DNA of 64,000 nt from Basidiobolus meristosporus CBS 931.73 (taxonomy: Eukaryota > Fungi > Basidiobolomycota). Under the pieces are notes generated by a model. That model was given only the letters and a program-made list of their open reading frames with translations. It was not told the DNA's origin and did not search any database. Positions 63,769-64,000 of the stretch are shown here, in pieces (within the stretch, counting starts at the first letter, position 1; each line of letters opens with the position of its first letter). The DNA is taken from NCBI GenBank assembly GCA_002104905.1, contig MCFE01000160.1, positions 85,450-149,449 of the forward strand, read 5' to 3'. Both the position numbers and the translations under genes were made by a program.

Positions 63769-64000
63769 TTAGGGTTAGGGTTAGGGTTAGGGTTAGGGCT
63801 AGGGCTAGGGTTAGGGTTAGGGTTAGGGTTAGGGTTAGGGTTAGGGTTAGGGTTAGGGTTAGGGTTAGGGTTAGGGTTAGGGTTAGGGTTAGGGTTAGGG
63901 TTAGGGTTAGGGTTAGGGTTAGGGTTAGGGTTAGGGTTAGGGTTAGGGTTAGGGTTAGGGTTAGGGTTAGGGTTAGGGTTAGGGTTAGGGTTAGGGTTAG
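63769..64000 (+). repeat. Terminal telomere (TTAGGG)n, about 38 units, with two CTAGGG variants at 63799-63810
   Basis: Direct reading; the G-rich strand runs toward the end of the window. Confidence 0.99.

Overview
Right-hand end of a fungal chromosome, probably from an early-diverging lineage: it retains U12 AT-AC introns and ends in (TTAGGG)n. There are three zones. (1) 1-16.3 kb is a CpG-stripped, multiply nested transposon block. It holds three copies of a CACTA/CMC-type (tnp2) DNA transposon with CCCTA...TAGGG termini, plus solo LTRs of two families. (2) 17.9-58.3 kb is a CpG-normal island of intron-containing genes: HExxH metalloprotease-like, TTI1, SH3BGR glutaredoxin-like, GH37 trehalase, PPR, aspartate kinase, MPLKIP-like, bZIP, GGPP synthase, DM9, ChAPs, MFS, S41 peptidase, zinc finger and HIR1. 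Two of these genes carry AT-AC minor-spliceosome introns. (3) 58.9-64 kb is a CpG-depleted subtelomere. An LTR there is broken and capped by telomere repeats. It is followed by a head-to-tail array of three 5'-truncated retroelement copies separated by only about 1.5-4 TTAGGG units. The three copies share a 3' stem-loop/C-run, and the outermost encodes an intact, CpG-free LINE-type reverse transcriptase with no visible endonuclease. This telomere-attached retroelement system is the best candidate for novel biology. All coordinates, counts and gene models come from manual reading and were not computed.
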